A stretch of 63,787 nucleotides of DNA, the filler included, from Choristocarpus tenellus KU-1152 (taxonomy: Eukaryota > Protista > Phaeophyceae), in NCBI GenBank assembly GCA_964200185.2. It is 14 parts of 14 records of this genome, joined end to end, with 100 filler letters (N's around TTAATTAATTAA, not from the genome) between each part and the next. Parts side by side here need not be neighbours in the genome. Positions count along the whole stretch, not along the records: positions 18,086 to 26,320 come from CAXNAD020004958.1; positions 26,421 to 30,256 come from CAXNAD020017652.1; positions 30,357 to 32,999 come from CAXNAD020026022.1; positions 33,100 to 36,274 come from CAXNAD020021773.1; positions 36,375 to 41,295 come from CAXNAD020012530.1; 9 more parts are not named here. The stretch is one strand, 5' to 3'. Below the pieces are notes generated by a model that saw only the letters and a list, made by a program, of their open reading frames with translations, was not told where the DNA came from and ran no database searches. Each line of letters opens with the position of its first letter. The stretch's first letter is position 1. Positions 25,097 through 37,129 of the stretch are shown piece after piece. The position numbers were made by a program, and so were the translations under genes.

Positions 25097-25793
25097 TCAG
25101 AATTGTGCTTGAACTGCCCCTGCATTGCCATCAATGAACATTCTGGGAGCAATACACATTGCCATCAACTCCTGGAAGAGTAGCTTACAGGCGTAAGGTA
25201 TATGAATCTATGAGGAGGAGAGAGATGGAATACATGCAAAAACATCAAATGGGAATTGGAGAGGGAGGTTAGTGGGTCAGTGTGTGTGAGTTGGTATGTG
25301 GAGGGTGGGGTTCTCTTGGATACATGCCTTTTTTTAGTTGGTGTTACAATTGATCAACAGGTACACTATACCTATTTCTTGCTTAGAATTGAGTATTAAT
25401 ACAGTAGTTGAGGGACACAGAGGGCCGCCCTTGTAGTACCAACTCCTATTGCCTACAGGGCAATAGAGTATAGTACAGCATGCTACGAGGGAGAGAGGGA
25501 AGATTCAACAGCTGTTGAGGCTATTGATACACCTTGACTGGGAAGATGGTCTTAGCATGGGTTTTAGGTCACACTTACAGAAGAGAATTGCCATGTACTG
25601 TACAGTAGTCTCAACTACTATTGTATTAACATTGAACAGTAAAGATTAAGTACCAATCTCACCCCAGTGAGTCAACCAATCATTTGCACGCTTTGAGCCT
25701 ACGCCACTTACCTGTGAGATGACAGTGCTACTCTTACACCCTCGGCACTCGAAACTCATTTTTCGCAAGTTGGCCACTGCAATGAGGCCACAC
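25097..25793 (-). CDS. RPB2: RNA polymerase II second-largest subunit, last two exons (25712-25793, 25097-25207)
   Basis: [27 protein letters not shown]|[36 protein letters not shown]: RPB2 C-terminal zinc finger and [13 protein letters not shown] motif. Neither exon is in the ORF track. Confidence 0.96.
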
Positions 25794-26516
25794 CTGTTAC
25801 AAGATTGCCAAGATTCATCAGTACAAGGGAAAGAGAGGGATGCCGTAGAGGGTGATCAAACATTACTTTCTAATCAAACATTACATTTTAATCAAACATC
25901 GAGCACCAAGTATGTAAACTTGTATATTGCCCACAGGTATGATGTTTACTCCTGTCAAAGGCATTAGCGATATTCTGAAAACAAACAGCGCATACTTCAA
26001 ATACATTCAAATACACACACAGCCTTGAAGGCTGGAACATAAGACACCTTATGTGTCTCAGAGAACACATTGGACAGACGTAAATGCTATGCCATACATT
26101 CCACTTTGATTCATGCACCTGTATTGTTCTCACCACTTGAGAGGGTTAGTCTCCAAGATTACATCAAAAAGGCTTGTCACTTTAGTTACACACAATTGCA
26201 ATTACACTCACAAGATACTCACTACACACAAGGTCACCACCACGCTTCTTCAAACATTTCACAAACAATGCCATCTTTCAAAAACAGCAAACGCCACCCC
26301 CCCCCCCCCCCCCCCCCCCCNNNNNNNNNNNNNNNNNNNNNNNNNNNNNNNNNNNNNNNNNNNNTTAATTAATTAANNNNNNNNNNNNNNNNNNNNNNNN
26401 NNNNNNNNNNNNNNNNNNNNGAGGGGGCGGGTGGGGGGGCGGGGGGGGGGCGCGCGGGGGGGGGTGGGGGGGGGGGGGGCCGGGGGGTTGGGTGGTTCAA
26501 CGACCTGAACACTTAC

Positions 26517-29500
26517 CGCCGGAGCTATCACATCAGGAAGTAGTTCCAGATCACAAAAGCTTTGTGAGACCAGGTATTGGGCAACGGGTTCGTTAAGGAA
26601 TGCAACCGAAACCTCCTTGTTGTTGACCATCTCGAGGCACTCGGTGTTAGTTGTGCAGTTCACGAAGGGCGCTAACCGCCCGATGGTAAATTTTTTTTTA
26701 ATCAGATGAAAGTGTTACGATAGATGAGAGTAGGAACAGACAGGTGAGGCAGGGGGTAAGCGGGGAGGGGGGGGGGGGTCAACAGAGTATCAGAAGAAAA
26801 AAAATTGTTGTTGAGCAAAAAGAAGGTTGTAGTAGTTAGTACACACGCCTTTCTCGATCTCATTTATATATGGATATATATATATGGAAGGTTTTATTTA
26901 TTTTTACTTTTTATTTTTCTTGTAGTGGTGAAGAGTCAAAATACAAAGAGTCATGGATAGTCGTCGATCAGTAAATTGAAACTCAAGGTATGGCAACAGA
27001 CCACACACGGTAAAAATAAATAAAATAGAGAATAAAAAAAAGAGTAGGGAAGATCGATGATGATTGTGCATCAAGTACACATCCTGTGGCGAAAGCAATA
27101 CACCCAGCAACACACAGGCTGACTGTTCTGTTCTCTATTGGTTTAAAAAAATGTAATAATGTTGTGTCATCATCCACCCCCCCCCCTGCTTACCCCCCTT
27201 CGATTACAATACGAATCTCTAAAAAAGCGATTTCTTAACCCTAATCCCCGGATTGAATGCAGGTGATGCTCGAGGTCTCAGACTAAAAAATTAAAAATTA
27301 AAAAAGACACGTCGAAAGTTAAAACCGAGAGAGGATGCTCTCTTTTGAACTGTGGACAAACGCCTCTTCACAACAATAAACAGCAAGGGCCGTCGATTCT
27401 GGTCCCCGTCCCACCACTGTTGTGCTGTCAAAAGTTCACAGTCGAAACATACCAGAAAAGGGCTGAAAAATGTGTATGTAGGTAGATGAGCAAGGAAGGA
27501 GCTGCAGGTAGGAAGACGCCATTGTTCGAAACGAAAACAGCTCGTTATGTATGGTCAGACAGCTCCAGCAAAGGGGTTTACTTACATTACAGGCAGAGGG
27601 CCAAAGAAGGCCATCCCCCCACGATGAAATGACGGGTTATGGTACAAATGCATACATTGCATCCAAAAAAACGCTCACTTAGTGATAGGCTTCTTTGACA
27701 CGCAGACAGACACAGACAGACAGACACATCATACACACATGCTACCAGAGGTCTCAAACACACTCAGCTCTCTCTATGCATCATTACTGCAAATCATCCT
27801 ATCAAAATATCAATCTGTCCTCGGGATCGGGCACCACTCATGGTCCATCTAAGAGGAAGTATGCCCTGTACTCACCGTCACAGTCCTCTTCACAGAACAA
27901 GATCTCCCGCTGATAAATCGATTCCGATGAGGAGCCTTCCAATATGGCAACCTGGGACAGGGAGATCGAGGTATTGGTAGCAGTTATCACAACCGTTTCA
28001 AAATCTCTGTGTAAGCTCTCTCTCCGGCCTAGGATAATACAGCACTGCCAAGAAACCCTAACCCTAAACCAAAAACCCCCCTGCTTTTCATCGTCTTTGG
28101 AAATTGGCAATCAGTCGAACGGTATGTCCTTTACCGTATTATGATACTACACCCCCCCCCAAACATTAGCACAAACATCCCCACATTTATCATCGATACA
28201 TACATACATACATATATACATACAACTTTTTTTTAAGTCGCACGATACCAACGACTTCAGACGCCCCTAACCCTATTCAAAACACACTCGAAGAGATAGC
28301 GAGGGGGTAGGTAGGTTCAACGCAAAACCACGGTTCCTCCCGCGTATCCAGGGTGTCCCCTTCAAAGGACACGTACACACGCACGCACACCTTCACAGGC
28401 AAAAATTAGAAGCAAAGAACCCAAGGAAGGAAGGAAGGAAGGACGGACGGACGGCGGATGGATGGATGGATGGATGAATGAATTGAGTAAGTTTTGCACT
28501 CGCAAGATCCAACCAACTACACAACGGATCCCTTCCAAACGGAAGGGGAGGGACCTTACTCTCACCCGCCATCGGACCAAGGGAATAAACGCCTCTACCT
28601 CAACAGGCAGGAGTTGAACGAGAACAAGGAGGCGGTCTTCCCCGAGACACGGCTGTTGCACTCCGACTGACTTTACTGACTTCTTAACTCAAGGCCCTGC
28701 TGACTTTACCTGGTGGCGCCACCCACCCTCTCTCTCTTGGAGGACTTGGCCCACATCACCGGAGGGGCATCGCACTACGCACACCATCGCACTATGTGCT
28801 TGATTAAGTAAGTCTCTTCACAACTAACATTTTCATCTCTCTCTCTCTCTCTCTCTCTTTGAGCGCGCGCGCCACACAACAAACAGGCATTTTTTTTTCA
28901 TTTTTTTTTGTCTTTTTGTAATTTGTTCCGTATATTTTAACTTCAAAACACACACGTCGCAAAAAAAAAGAAGTCGTGAGTAAAAAAAAAAGGCCAAACT
29001 TTTTTCTTTCCTTTGTTTTTTGTTTTTTGCTTGGGGCTTGCGCAATGCTCTACTTCAGACGATGAAAGCGTTCCTAGAGGTAAATTCCCCCCCCCCCCAA
29101 CACCAGGGTCAAGGTTTGATGTTGTACTTTCCTTGGAGGACCGGGAGAACAATTCACAAAACTAAAAAAAAAATGTACCTTTGCACCATCAAAAAATACT
29201 TCCCATTCACAGCACAGCACAGCAATCAAATCACATCCCGCAAACAGGCTCCATTTCCTTCACCTGGGGGCGGCGGCGGGGGGGGGCAGGGAAGGAGTTG
29301 AATTTTTGGCTTTTTGCAACTCGCCTTAAATGTTAGCAATACTAACAATACTCACTCTCGTCAACTAACAGTCACTCCCCATCCCATCCTGATTCAAAGT
29401 CCGTCTGCGGCTCACTTCATTTTCTGAGAGTGAAGACGTTTTCACACATTTCTAATAATAAAAATACACACACACACACGAATTGCTATACCATAAACTC

Positions 29501-29838
29501 ACAGCAGCACAAAAAGCAGTTTCACAATCCGCACCCGTCAGAAGAACAAAAACCCCAACAGAAAACAATAATATCCCTTCCAAGACATCTTCAACTCCAC
29601 TTCTGCGGCGAATTAATTCGAGGACACCTCTTGAATGTAGTGCACAAGCATTTTCCGGGCCACTCCCCCCCACAATATCCAGGTGATAAGACAGCAGAAA
29701 ATCTCAGAATTTCTTAACAAAACACAGCATAATCTCCACTACTAACCTCGGAGTGGTCGAACCTCCCGCTCTGTAGCTTCGACAGCGAAACGGACTGTAC
29801 ATCAGATCCCAAGGTTAGATTGCAGGTAAGGTCAGGGG

Positions 29839-29881
<43 letters not shown>

Positions 29882-30007
29882 GACACAATAGCAGTTACAA
29901 CCATTTTTTTTTTGTGGTTCTCCTAGAGATAAGGCAGGCATTCGTAAATACGACAAGCGGTAAGGCGGCGGTGGAGTGATGGCGAGGAAGACCAGCGAAA
30001 TGGCCAT
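26517..30007 (-). CDS. Ionotropic glutamate receptor-like channel, internal exons (~29900-30007, 29747-29794, 27876-27951, 26517-26671)
   Basis: SVSLSKLQSGRFDHSE|VAILEGSSSESIYQREILFCEEDCD|APFVNCTTNTECLEMVNNKEVSVAFLNEPVAQYLVSQSFCDLELL fits the S2 ligand-binding half (GSS; C-DL) with consistent phases; an upstream hydrophobic exon resembles M3. Confidence 0.75.
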
Positions 30008-30543
30008 CTGAACAAATGAGACTGCCAAGGCAGAGGCAACAGACACAGCCGCAGGACACAAAATCTATGCGCGAAAGTCTGTTACAGTTACTAAATCTGA
30101 CTAGGCAAGGAGTAGGCGTACTATGGGGATGGGAGGATGTCACCTGCCCGCCGACACAACCCGGGTGGCAGGCCCCTCTCTACACCACCCCCAAGCACAG
30201 CGGGAGACAGTTCAGCGGCATCCTCCTTCACAGGAGCTCAAGTGGGGTATGTATAGNNNNNNNNNNNNNNNNNNNNNNNNNNNNNNNNNNNNNNNNNNNN
30301 TTAATTAATTAANNNNNNNNNNNNNNNNNNNNNNNNNNNNNNNNNNNNNNNNNNNNTTTTTACTTCGCTGTGACTTCCCTCTGGACAATCGCGTGTTGTC
30401 TTGGCTCCAGATTTTTTTTTTTTTTTTTTTGAAGGGTTTGATGATGCGTCAGTGAGAATAAATACCCTCTTTTTTTTTTTTTTTGTTCCTCAACTTTCTT
30501 TTTTTTTGTACACTGGGGGAGAGTCTCTACCAGTTGATCGGTA

Positions 30544-30578
30544 GGGTTGGGGTCGGGGTTAGGGTTAGGGTTAGGGTT
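30544..30578 (+). repeat. Interstitial telomere-type repeat (TTAGGG)n, degenerate
   Basis: GGGTTGGGGTCGGGGTTAGGGTTAGGGTTAGGGTT. Confidence 0.8.
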
Positions 30579-30633
30579 GGAGGTAACTTGTGGACGACTG
30601 ACTCCGCGTTGGATATTGGATAAGGTGTGGGAT

Positions 30634-30913
30634 ATGAAGAGGTGGGTGTTGGCGTCTCTCTTGTCGCTTTTGTCAAAGGGGAGCAGTGTTCCTGCCTCTG
30701 GTGAGCCCAATCACGTGCATGCACACTTTGCGTGAGATCAATTGAACCACAGAAGTATCTCGATTCTTCAATGGAGCGCTCACCTGATGCAACCTGTTCT
30801 TTATTGTTTTGCCGATAGCGTTCGCTAAGCACGGCGCTGCTAGTAGTGTGGTGGTGGTCCCCTCTGTGCAGGGGGTGGTGGTCCCCTCTGTGGCGAAGGG
30901 CAGCCTGCATAGG
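30634..30913 (+). CDS. Putative 5' exons (30634-30700, 30819-30913) of a signal-peptide/plastid-targeted protein
   Basis: Splicing G|gtgagc...gatag|CG gives MKRWVLASLLSLLSKGSSVPASAFAKHG..., creating an ASAF motif across the junction. Confidence 0.45.
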
Positions 30914-32061
30914 GTAGGATGGAAGCCTTCGCTCATAGTGGGATACATGTAATGCCTGCCAATTTTTTGAAATCTCTCTCCCTGATTGCACGAGCTGCTT
31001 GCAAACAAAACGCCTGGATGGGACTGAAAACCCGATTCGAGGTAATTACATTGTGCCAAAGTAAGGAGGAGGGAGGGTGAGCTTTCGCCTTCGAAGATCT
31101 CGAGGTGTTTTCTTGCCTCTTTACCCTGTTGTTTTTGCCTCTCCCTCCTCCCCATGCTCTACCTTTTCTTCTGTGAACATTTATAGCAGTACATTCCACT
31201 GTGGAGCTCTATCAGTGTCAATGTATGAGAGTGACAGGTGCCATAATTTCAAGTAGTGTCAGTGCAAAGGTCAATATTAGTACCAGATAGTTCTCTTGCC
31301 CTCCCCCCTCCCCCCCCCCCCTGTTTCCCCCCCCTACCTCTCCCAAAACCGTAAGGATGCCTTATCATACGGGGATAATATAATGTCTACGTATGGCAGT
31401 GAACTACTCAAGTCTATGTGTGTCTAATTGTGTCAGATATACATCAAGGTAGATATCTTCGGTTACTCCTGGATTGATTCCTTCCTGTTTTGGATAAACC
31501 CTCACCCTACCATCCCCTCTCTATGATACAGTACATTATAGGTTGGTTGTCATTCTCCTCCCTCGCTCGGGCCCGCCCTGTTCATCACCAAACTGTCCTC
31601 TACTGCGGGCGCTTTCAAGCCCTGTCAATAGACACCACAGTCAATAGACACCATCAGTAGTGTCTATTGCTAATCGTGGGCACAACATCGGATGAAGTGT
31701 ATCACTTGTGTCAACTACTGTCATAATCCCCCCCCCCTCTTCTCCTACCTGTAGTGGGTCTATCTTAATGCCTCTAATTACTTTGATCATTCTTATTAAT
31801 AGAAGTAGTAAATATCTTCGTAGACAGTTTAAAAAAGAAGAAGAAGCTTTTGTCATCAGAGCGGTTCTACCCCTGGTTGTTCCTATAGAGGTGGTCTACC
31901 TCGCCGTTGATGGTGTGATAATGCATGACACGTCAATGACCACAACGCCTTCCTAGCCCACCCACAGCAATTTATTTATTTTTTGGGGTGGGAGGGATTC
32001 CCTGTGGTCACACGTCTACAAAATACCTGCCAAGAGTTCAAACGATCCTCCATTCCAATCC

Positions 32062-32092
<31 letters not shown>

Positions 32093-32315
32093 ACCACACC
32101 ACCCGAACACCTCGCCCTAGCACCCGCCGCTTTTGTTTGACAAAAAATAAAAAANNNNNNNNNNCTGCCAAGAATCCAAACCATCCCCCAGCCCAAGCCC
32201 CCCCCCCCTCCCCCCAACCAAAAAAAAAACCCGGTCCCAATGAAGCTCTGCTCTGCTGCACGAGACTTTTGTATTCCAATAACTGAATAAAAACATCGAT
32301 AAAAAAAAATCGCAG

Positions 32316-32467
32316 GACAACATTGGTGCTTACTGGTCGTGGAATTCGCCGTCGAGGAGGCCGGAGTGGGAACGGGCAGTGAATGTGGACATGTTGCTCA
32401 ACCTGGAAATCGGACTGTGGGCTAGCGCCAATGGGGGGAACCCCATTTACTACGATGCTTCCATCAG
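32316..32467 (+). CDS. Glycoside hydrolase family 88 (unsaturated glucuronyl hydrolase-like) internal exon
   Basis: cgcag|DNIGAYWSWNSPSRRPEWERAVNVDMLLNLEIGLWASANGGNPIYYDASI|gtgggt matches GH88 G..RSW.....VIIDNMMNLELL.WA....GD..YY..A. Confidence 0.78.
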
Positions 32468-34261
32468 GTGGGTGGGTGGCCTTCCTGCCCTGCCCTGCCC
32501 TGCCCTGCTCTGCCCTGTCCTGTTCCTGTTCCTGTTGTTTGTTTGTTTTGTTTTGTTTATTTTAGTTTTCTGTGTGAATGGCTTGCAATGCAAAAAAAAA
32601 AATGTCACACATTGCGCGCCAGGCGGAGTTGGTTTGACAGTTGGGTTGACCTGTGGAAGGTTCGAGTAGCCCGTGGAGTGTGGTGAGCACGGGATGGTAT
32701 TTCTTCAAGGTGATGATTGCCCTCTGACTTTCTGTGTGGGATGATCATGGACGATACGGTTTGTTTTGTCGAGATGAAATGTCTGAATGGGGTATACCCT
32801 CCAAGTGCACATGCGTGTTAACCCTGTTCGCCACCAACAAACACCTCCTGTTCTCACTCTGACAACTCATCGCATGTCACTGCTGATTCTTCTGTTTCCA
32901 CATTCATGATGGTGGGGGGGGGGGGGGGGGGAAACACCCCGGCTGTGGGGAATGGGGGGAATTTTTTTCCCCGAGAAAATAAACACACCTTCCTTGTGGN
33001 NNNNNNNNNNNNNNNNNNNNNNNNNNNNNNNNNNNNNNNNNNNTTAATTAATTAANNNNNNNNNNNNNNNNNNNNNNNNNNNNNNNNNNNNNNNNNNNNG
33101 GGGGGGGGGGAAGACAGAAGCTCACCAAACCCAGCAGGGTAGTATCCCCCTCAGACCAGCAACAAAGACTCATCTGTTGTAAGAACAATTTCTAACCCCG
33201 AACTTGGACTTCTACAAAAAATATATATATAAATATATATATTTTGTGCACAATTTCACAAATTTGTGTATCCCAACACACACGCCATAGCACATTAGAG
33301 ATCAAAGTAGAACAAAAAAATTTCTTCCCCCCCCCCCGCCCCCACACAAACAAAAGAGGAAAAAGCACGCCCTTCCTTTCACGGAGTCCTTTGGTCACAA
33401 AGCATAGCTTACAAAATCTTTTCACCACTTCTTTGCAATTGCATATATAGGCTACTTTCGACTTTCCACATGCTCAAGCGCAGACAGCACACTCTGCGCT
33501 TCTTAAGCATGTTCTACATGAACATCAGCACATACTCATGGATACCAGTCAGAGAGAAATTTCTCGAGGTAGACTGCCCGGGCGAATGAATGAATAACTA
33601 GCCAGGTACCTGGCTGGTGGGTGTCAATGCCACACACTCTTAGTGTTACAGATGCATGAAAAAGGACATGTGCCCAAATTAAGGTAGGCGTTTCAGTGCT
33701 AATAATGCCAGTGCAAGGTTGGGAGTGCCCGACAACAAATAGTTTTGGCTGTGAGCATAGTAAAGTTTGTAAGTAACGCCTTCAATGTATCTCTTGTACT
33801 GGACTCCCCCTCTAACCCCTTACGCTACACACATCTATTTTATTGGGAGTGTTGATGACTCTTATCAAAAACATATCAACTGCAAGTAGAGACTGCGTAA
33901 AACTCCCTGAGACAGTTGGTGTTTGTACAGGGGTCATGACCAAGGGAGAGATCTCTGCTGGAAAAAGTAGAGTGGACGGGAAATCGGTTGAAAAGACACT
34001 CCACCCACACAACAATGCCACCTCACCAGGGTCACATAGGATGGACTACCGTGGTCAACGTTGTGTACAAACCCATTGGAGGTAATGTCTCCATGTTTCT
34101 TACTCAGTGAATAGTCCGTTGCTTTTGATGCAATTTCTGCACTTTTTCACAATACAGCAGTAAGAAATACAAAAACCGTACGCTGTAACAAAGAAGCTCA
34201 CTCAACACCTCTCTCGATTCTCCAGTCTGTATTGCCGTTCTATCAACAGCCGCTCCTCCCT

Positions 34262-34297
<36 letters not shown>

Positions 34298-34691
34298 AAA
34301 AAATAAAATTCTTCTCTACCCAAAACAACAACAATACGAACACAGAATAACAACACAAANNNNNNNNNTCCCCCTCGTTTCCCCCGTCTGTTTTGCCGTT
34401 CTACCAACAGCCCCCCCCCCCTCCCCCCCCCCCCCCCCCCCCCCTCCCACAAAAAAAAGTGAATTGTGTCTAGCACAACTAAAAAATGCTTGGGAGAACA
34501 CGGACAATTCAGCAAGTGAGCGAAGGCAAGGAGGGGAGGAAGCAAGGTAGCATCAATGCCCTTAGAGGAACATACTCTCTCTCTCTCTCTCTCTCTCTGT
34601 CAAATATTTGAATTGGCCTACACATAACCACATTACTGTAGCCTGGCCAGTCAAACCCCAAACTATACCACCACCACCACCACCCTCTCAC

Positions 34692-36187
34692 CCCGGATGA
34701 TCAATATCATGGCAATAGGCAGCTGTGAGCAGGGCCAAATTATCCAGTGGTCGCAGGTAACGATTCATTCTTGTGGTTTTCACCATCATGAAGGAGGCGT
34801 GCACAACACTCGTGGCGTGTGCAACATTGTGAAAGGGATTGGGCTTGTACTGCTTCTCAACTGCCACGACAAACCTCCGCAGGGTGTCCGTGGGGATCTA
34901 ACGAGACAGTTTCATGGGGGGGAAGGTAAGCAGTCGGAAGAGAAAATCTTGAAAAAAAGAAAAGTGGTAAAGAGATAGTGACTAGAAAACGCTAGGTTAT
35001 TTATCACCATCACGTAAACTAAAAAAACAAAAGCGCAAAACACGGGAGGGGTATCTGTTGAGTAGCGATAAAAAGGGTACTACTGTGAAGCGATAAAAAA
35101 AGGGTACTACTGTGAAGCGATAAAAAAAGGGTACTACTGTGAAGCAATAAAAAGGGTACTACTGTGAAGCGATAAAAAGGGTACTACTGTGAAGTGATAA
35201 AAAGGCTACTACTGTGAAGCGGCAAAAAACAAAATAGGGTACTTCTAGAGGTCTACTGTACAGCAATTCAATGAAAAAACACGAAGGACAAAAAAAATAG
35301 TTTTTATATAGATTTATATAGATTTATATAGGGCGGGACAAGTGTTACAGTAAATCCATAGACAGACGCTCACCTTGAACAATTCAACAAGTCCCATCAT
35401 GTGGTACATGCGGTCCACCAGACACAACTGCACCGGAATGCTCAGCTCTAGCCAATTGATCTTCCAAGTAACCAACTCCATGCTGGCAGCCTCACTCAGG
35501 GAGCCTTCGCACACATCTACACCAACTGCCACCAACTCCTCCCCACCATTAGACTCCATCCCTGCTCTGGCCGCCTGCGCTCCCTCCTTTTGCCTCTCAT
35601 TCTTAGGATCCACATCCCTAGTTTCATCAACCTCCATCCCACCACTGTCCATGTTCCCTCCCCCCTTCCCCTTAAATGCAATGTTGCTCTCCTCACCCTC
35701 ACCCTTATCTGTAACTCCATCGTATGCCCTGTCACCCCCCCCTGCCTCAAGGCAACTTCTTCTCAGTTCTTCAGCTTGGGCAGTGGTAGTGGAGGTAGAG
35801 GCCGCAGGGGTTGAGTCCACAGGCTCTGAGCTTGGCACTGCTGTCTCTGCAGTTGCTACTGGCAGGATCACCGAGCCTGAGTGTATGTCCTCATCCCTCA
35901 GGGGTCGCGAAAACAATCTGTCTGCAGGCCAGTTTTCACTGTACAGGCGGAGGAGGGCATTTTCAATACGCACAAAGTTGGAGCCTTGTCCACCCGGCTT
36001 CCTCTGCCACTGCTCCTGCTCCTGTCTCGCCATGTCTGCCATGTTGCTCCTCATCAACGAAACCTCTGCAGATTTTTGGAGGAGAAGAGACTCCACTGCT
36101 GAGGCCAGAGTCAGAAGAGCACTTTCATCCCTCTCATCAAAAACACATCCTCCCCTTTTATTCAGCACCTGCAACACTGCCATTGTC
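34692..36187 (-). CDS. GAF-domain class I cyclic-nucleotide phosphodiesterase, exons 35374-36187 and 34692-34897
   Basis: AVLQVLNKRGGCVFDERDE (GAF NK..FDE motif), then GLVELFK|IPTDTLRRFV...YKPNPFHNVAHATSV...AAYCHDIDHPG (PDEase_I metal-binding motifs); phase-0 join. Confidence 0.95.
35064..35220 (+). repeat. Intronic minisatellite, 6 x 25-27 bp
   Basis: Unit AGCGATAAAAA(AA)GGGTACTACTGTGA, head-to-tail with no spacers. Confidence 0.95.
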
Positions 36188-36374
36188 CTCGGTTTTTTGA
36201 CCAACAGCGAACGCCTCTTACTGTTTTCCCTCCCCCCCCCCCCCCCCCCCCCCCCCCGCTTGCTCCCTCGTATCNNNNNNNNNNNNNNNNNNNNNNNNNN
36301 NNNNNNNNNNNNNNNNNNTTAATTAATTAANNNNNNNNNNNNNNNNNNNNNNNNNNNNNNNNNNNNNNNNNNNN

Positions 36375-36430
36375 GTTATGACCCAAAACGGACACCCTGG
36401 TGTAGACTCCCCCCCCCCCTGATACTTTGA
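36375..36430 (+). repeat. Poly(C)-GATACTTTG repeat terminus
   Basis: GACCCAAAACGGACACCCTGGTGTAGACT-C(n)-TGATACTTTG. Confidence 0.8.
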
Positions 36431-36907
36431 ACCATAGTTCGAATAAAGCCTAAATTGCTTCACATAGTCGGGAAACACAGCAAATATTCACAGTAGATAA
36501 ATATGAATACGTAAGACCTACCTGGAGCAAGAGCAGTTGAGTTATGAATCAGTATGAGAAGGAAACAATGATAACTAGCCCCGGTCTTACCTCCTGAATT
36601 TGTAAGGTGGGCATCTTGTGCCCAAAATAAAAAAATTCAAGTCTATGCACTCTATTGGAGCTTAAGGGGAAGTAGCAACTGGATGGTGAGGGTCAATCAT
36701 ATCATAGAGTTAACTACATGATCCTACAGCAGTCAGATCAAGATGAATACAAAGTGGGAGCATGCAGGAAGAAGCTGAGGCATATCACCTAACATTTGCT
36801 GCCAGCTGTAGCTTCATTGTTCGCTATGGATGCACCTTGTGAGTGCGAGGTGGGATAACTCATCCTGCTACACAATCTACACTATTTTACAGCCTGGAAG
36901 TGCTTAC

Positions 36908-37129
36908 CTTCTCATCATTAAAGTGAGCCTGCCACCAGGGTAATGAGGCCTGCTCAAGGCTCGCACTACCACTGCCTTCGCCTTGCAGGTGGCCACTGTC
37001 CAGGTATCTTCGTCCCTCCCCCTTCACTTCAAGCTCAGCCCCTGTGGGTACCTCTGTCACAGTTGACAGGACTCCAATGGCTTGCAGGGTGTCTTGAATC
37101 CCCAGAGATGTCTCCTCAAAACAGGAGCC
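36908..37129 (-). CDS. Putative internal exon of an unknown protein
   Basis: acaag|GSCFEETSLG...LPWWQAHFNDEK|gtaagc; 74 open codons with a strong donor; family not recognised. Confidence 0.45.

Noticed and set aside
35375-36322. 315-aa plus-strand ORF (also 4928-5419, 19156-19469, 41785-42078)
   Set aside because: Antisense shadows of real minus-strand exons.
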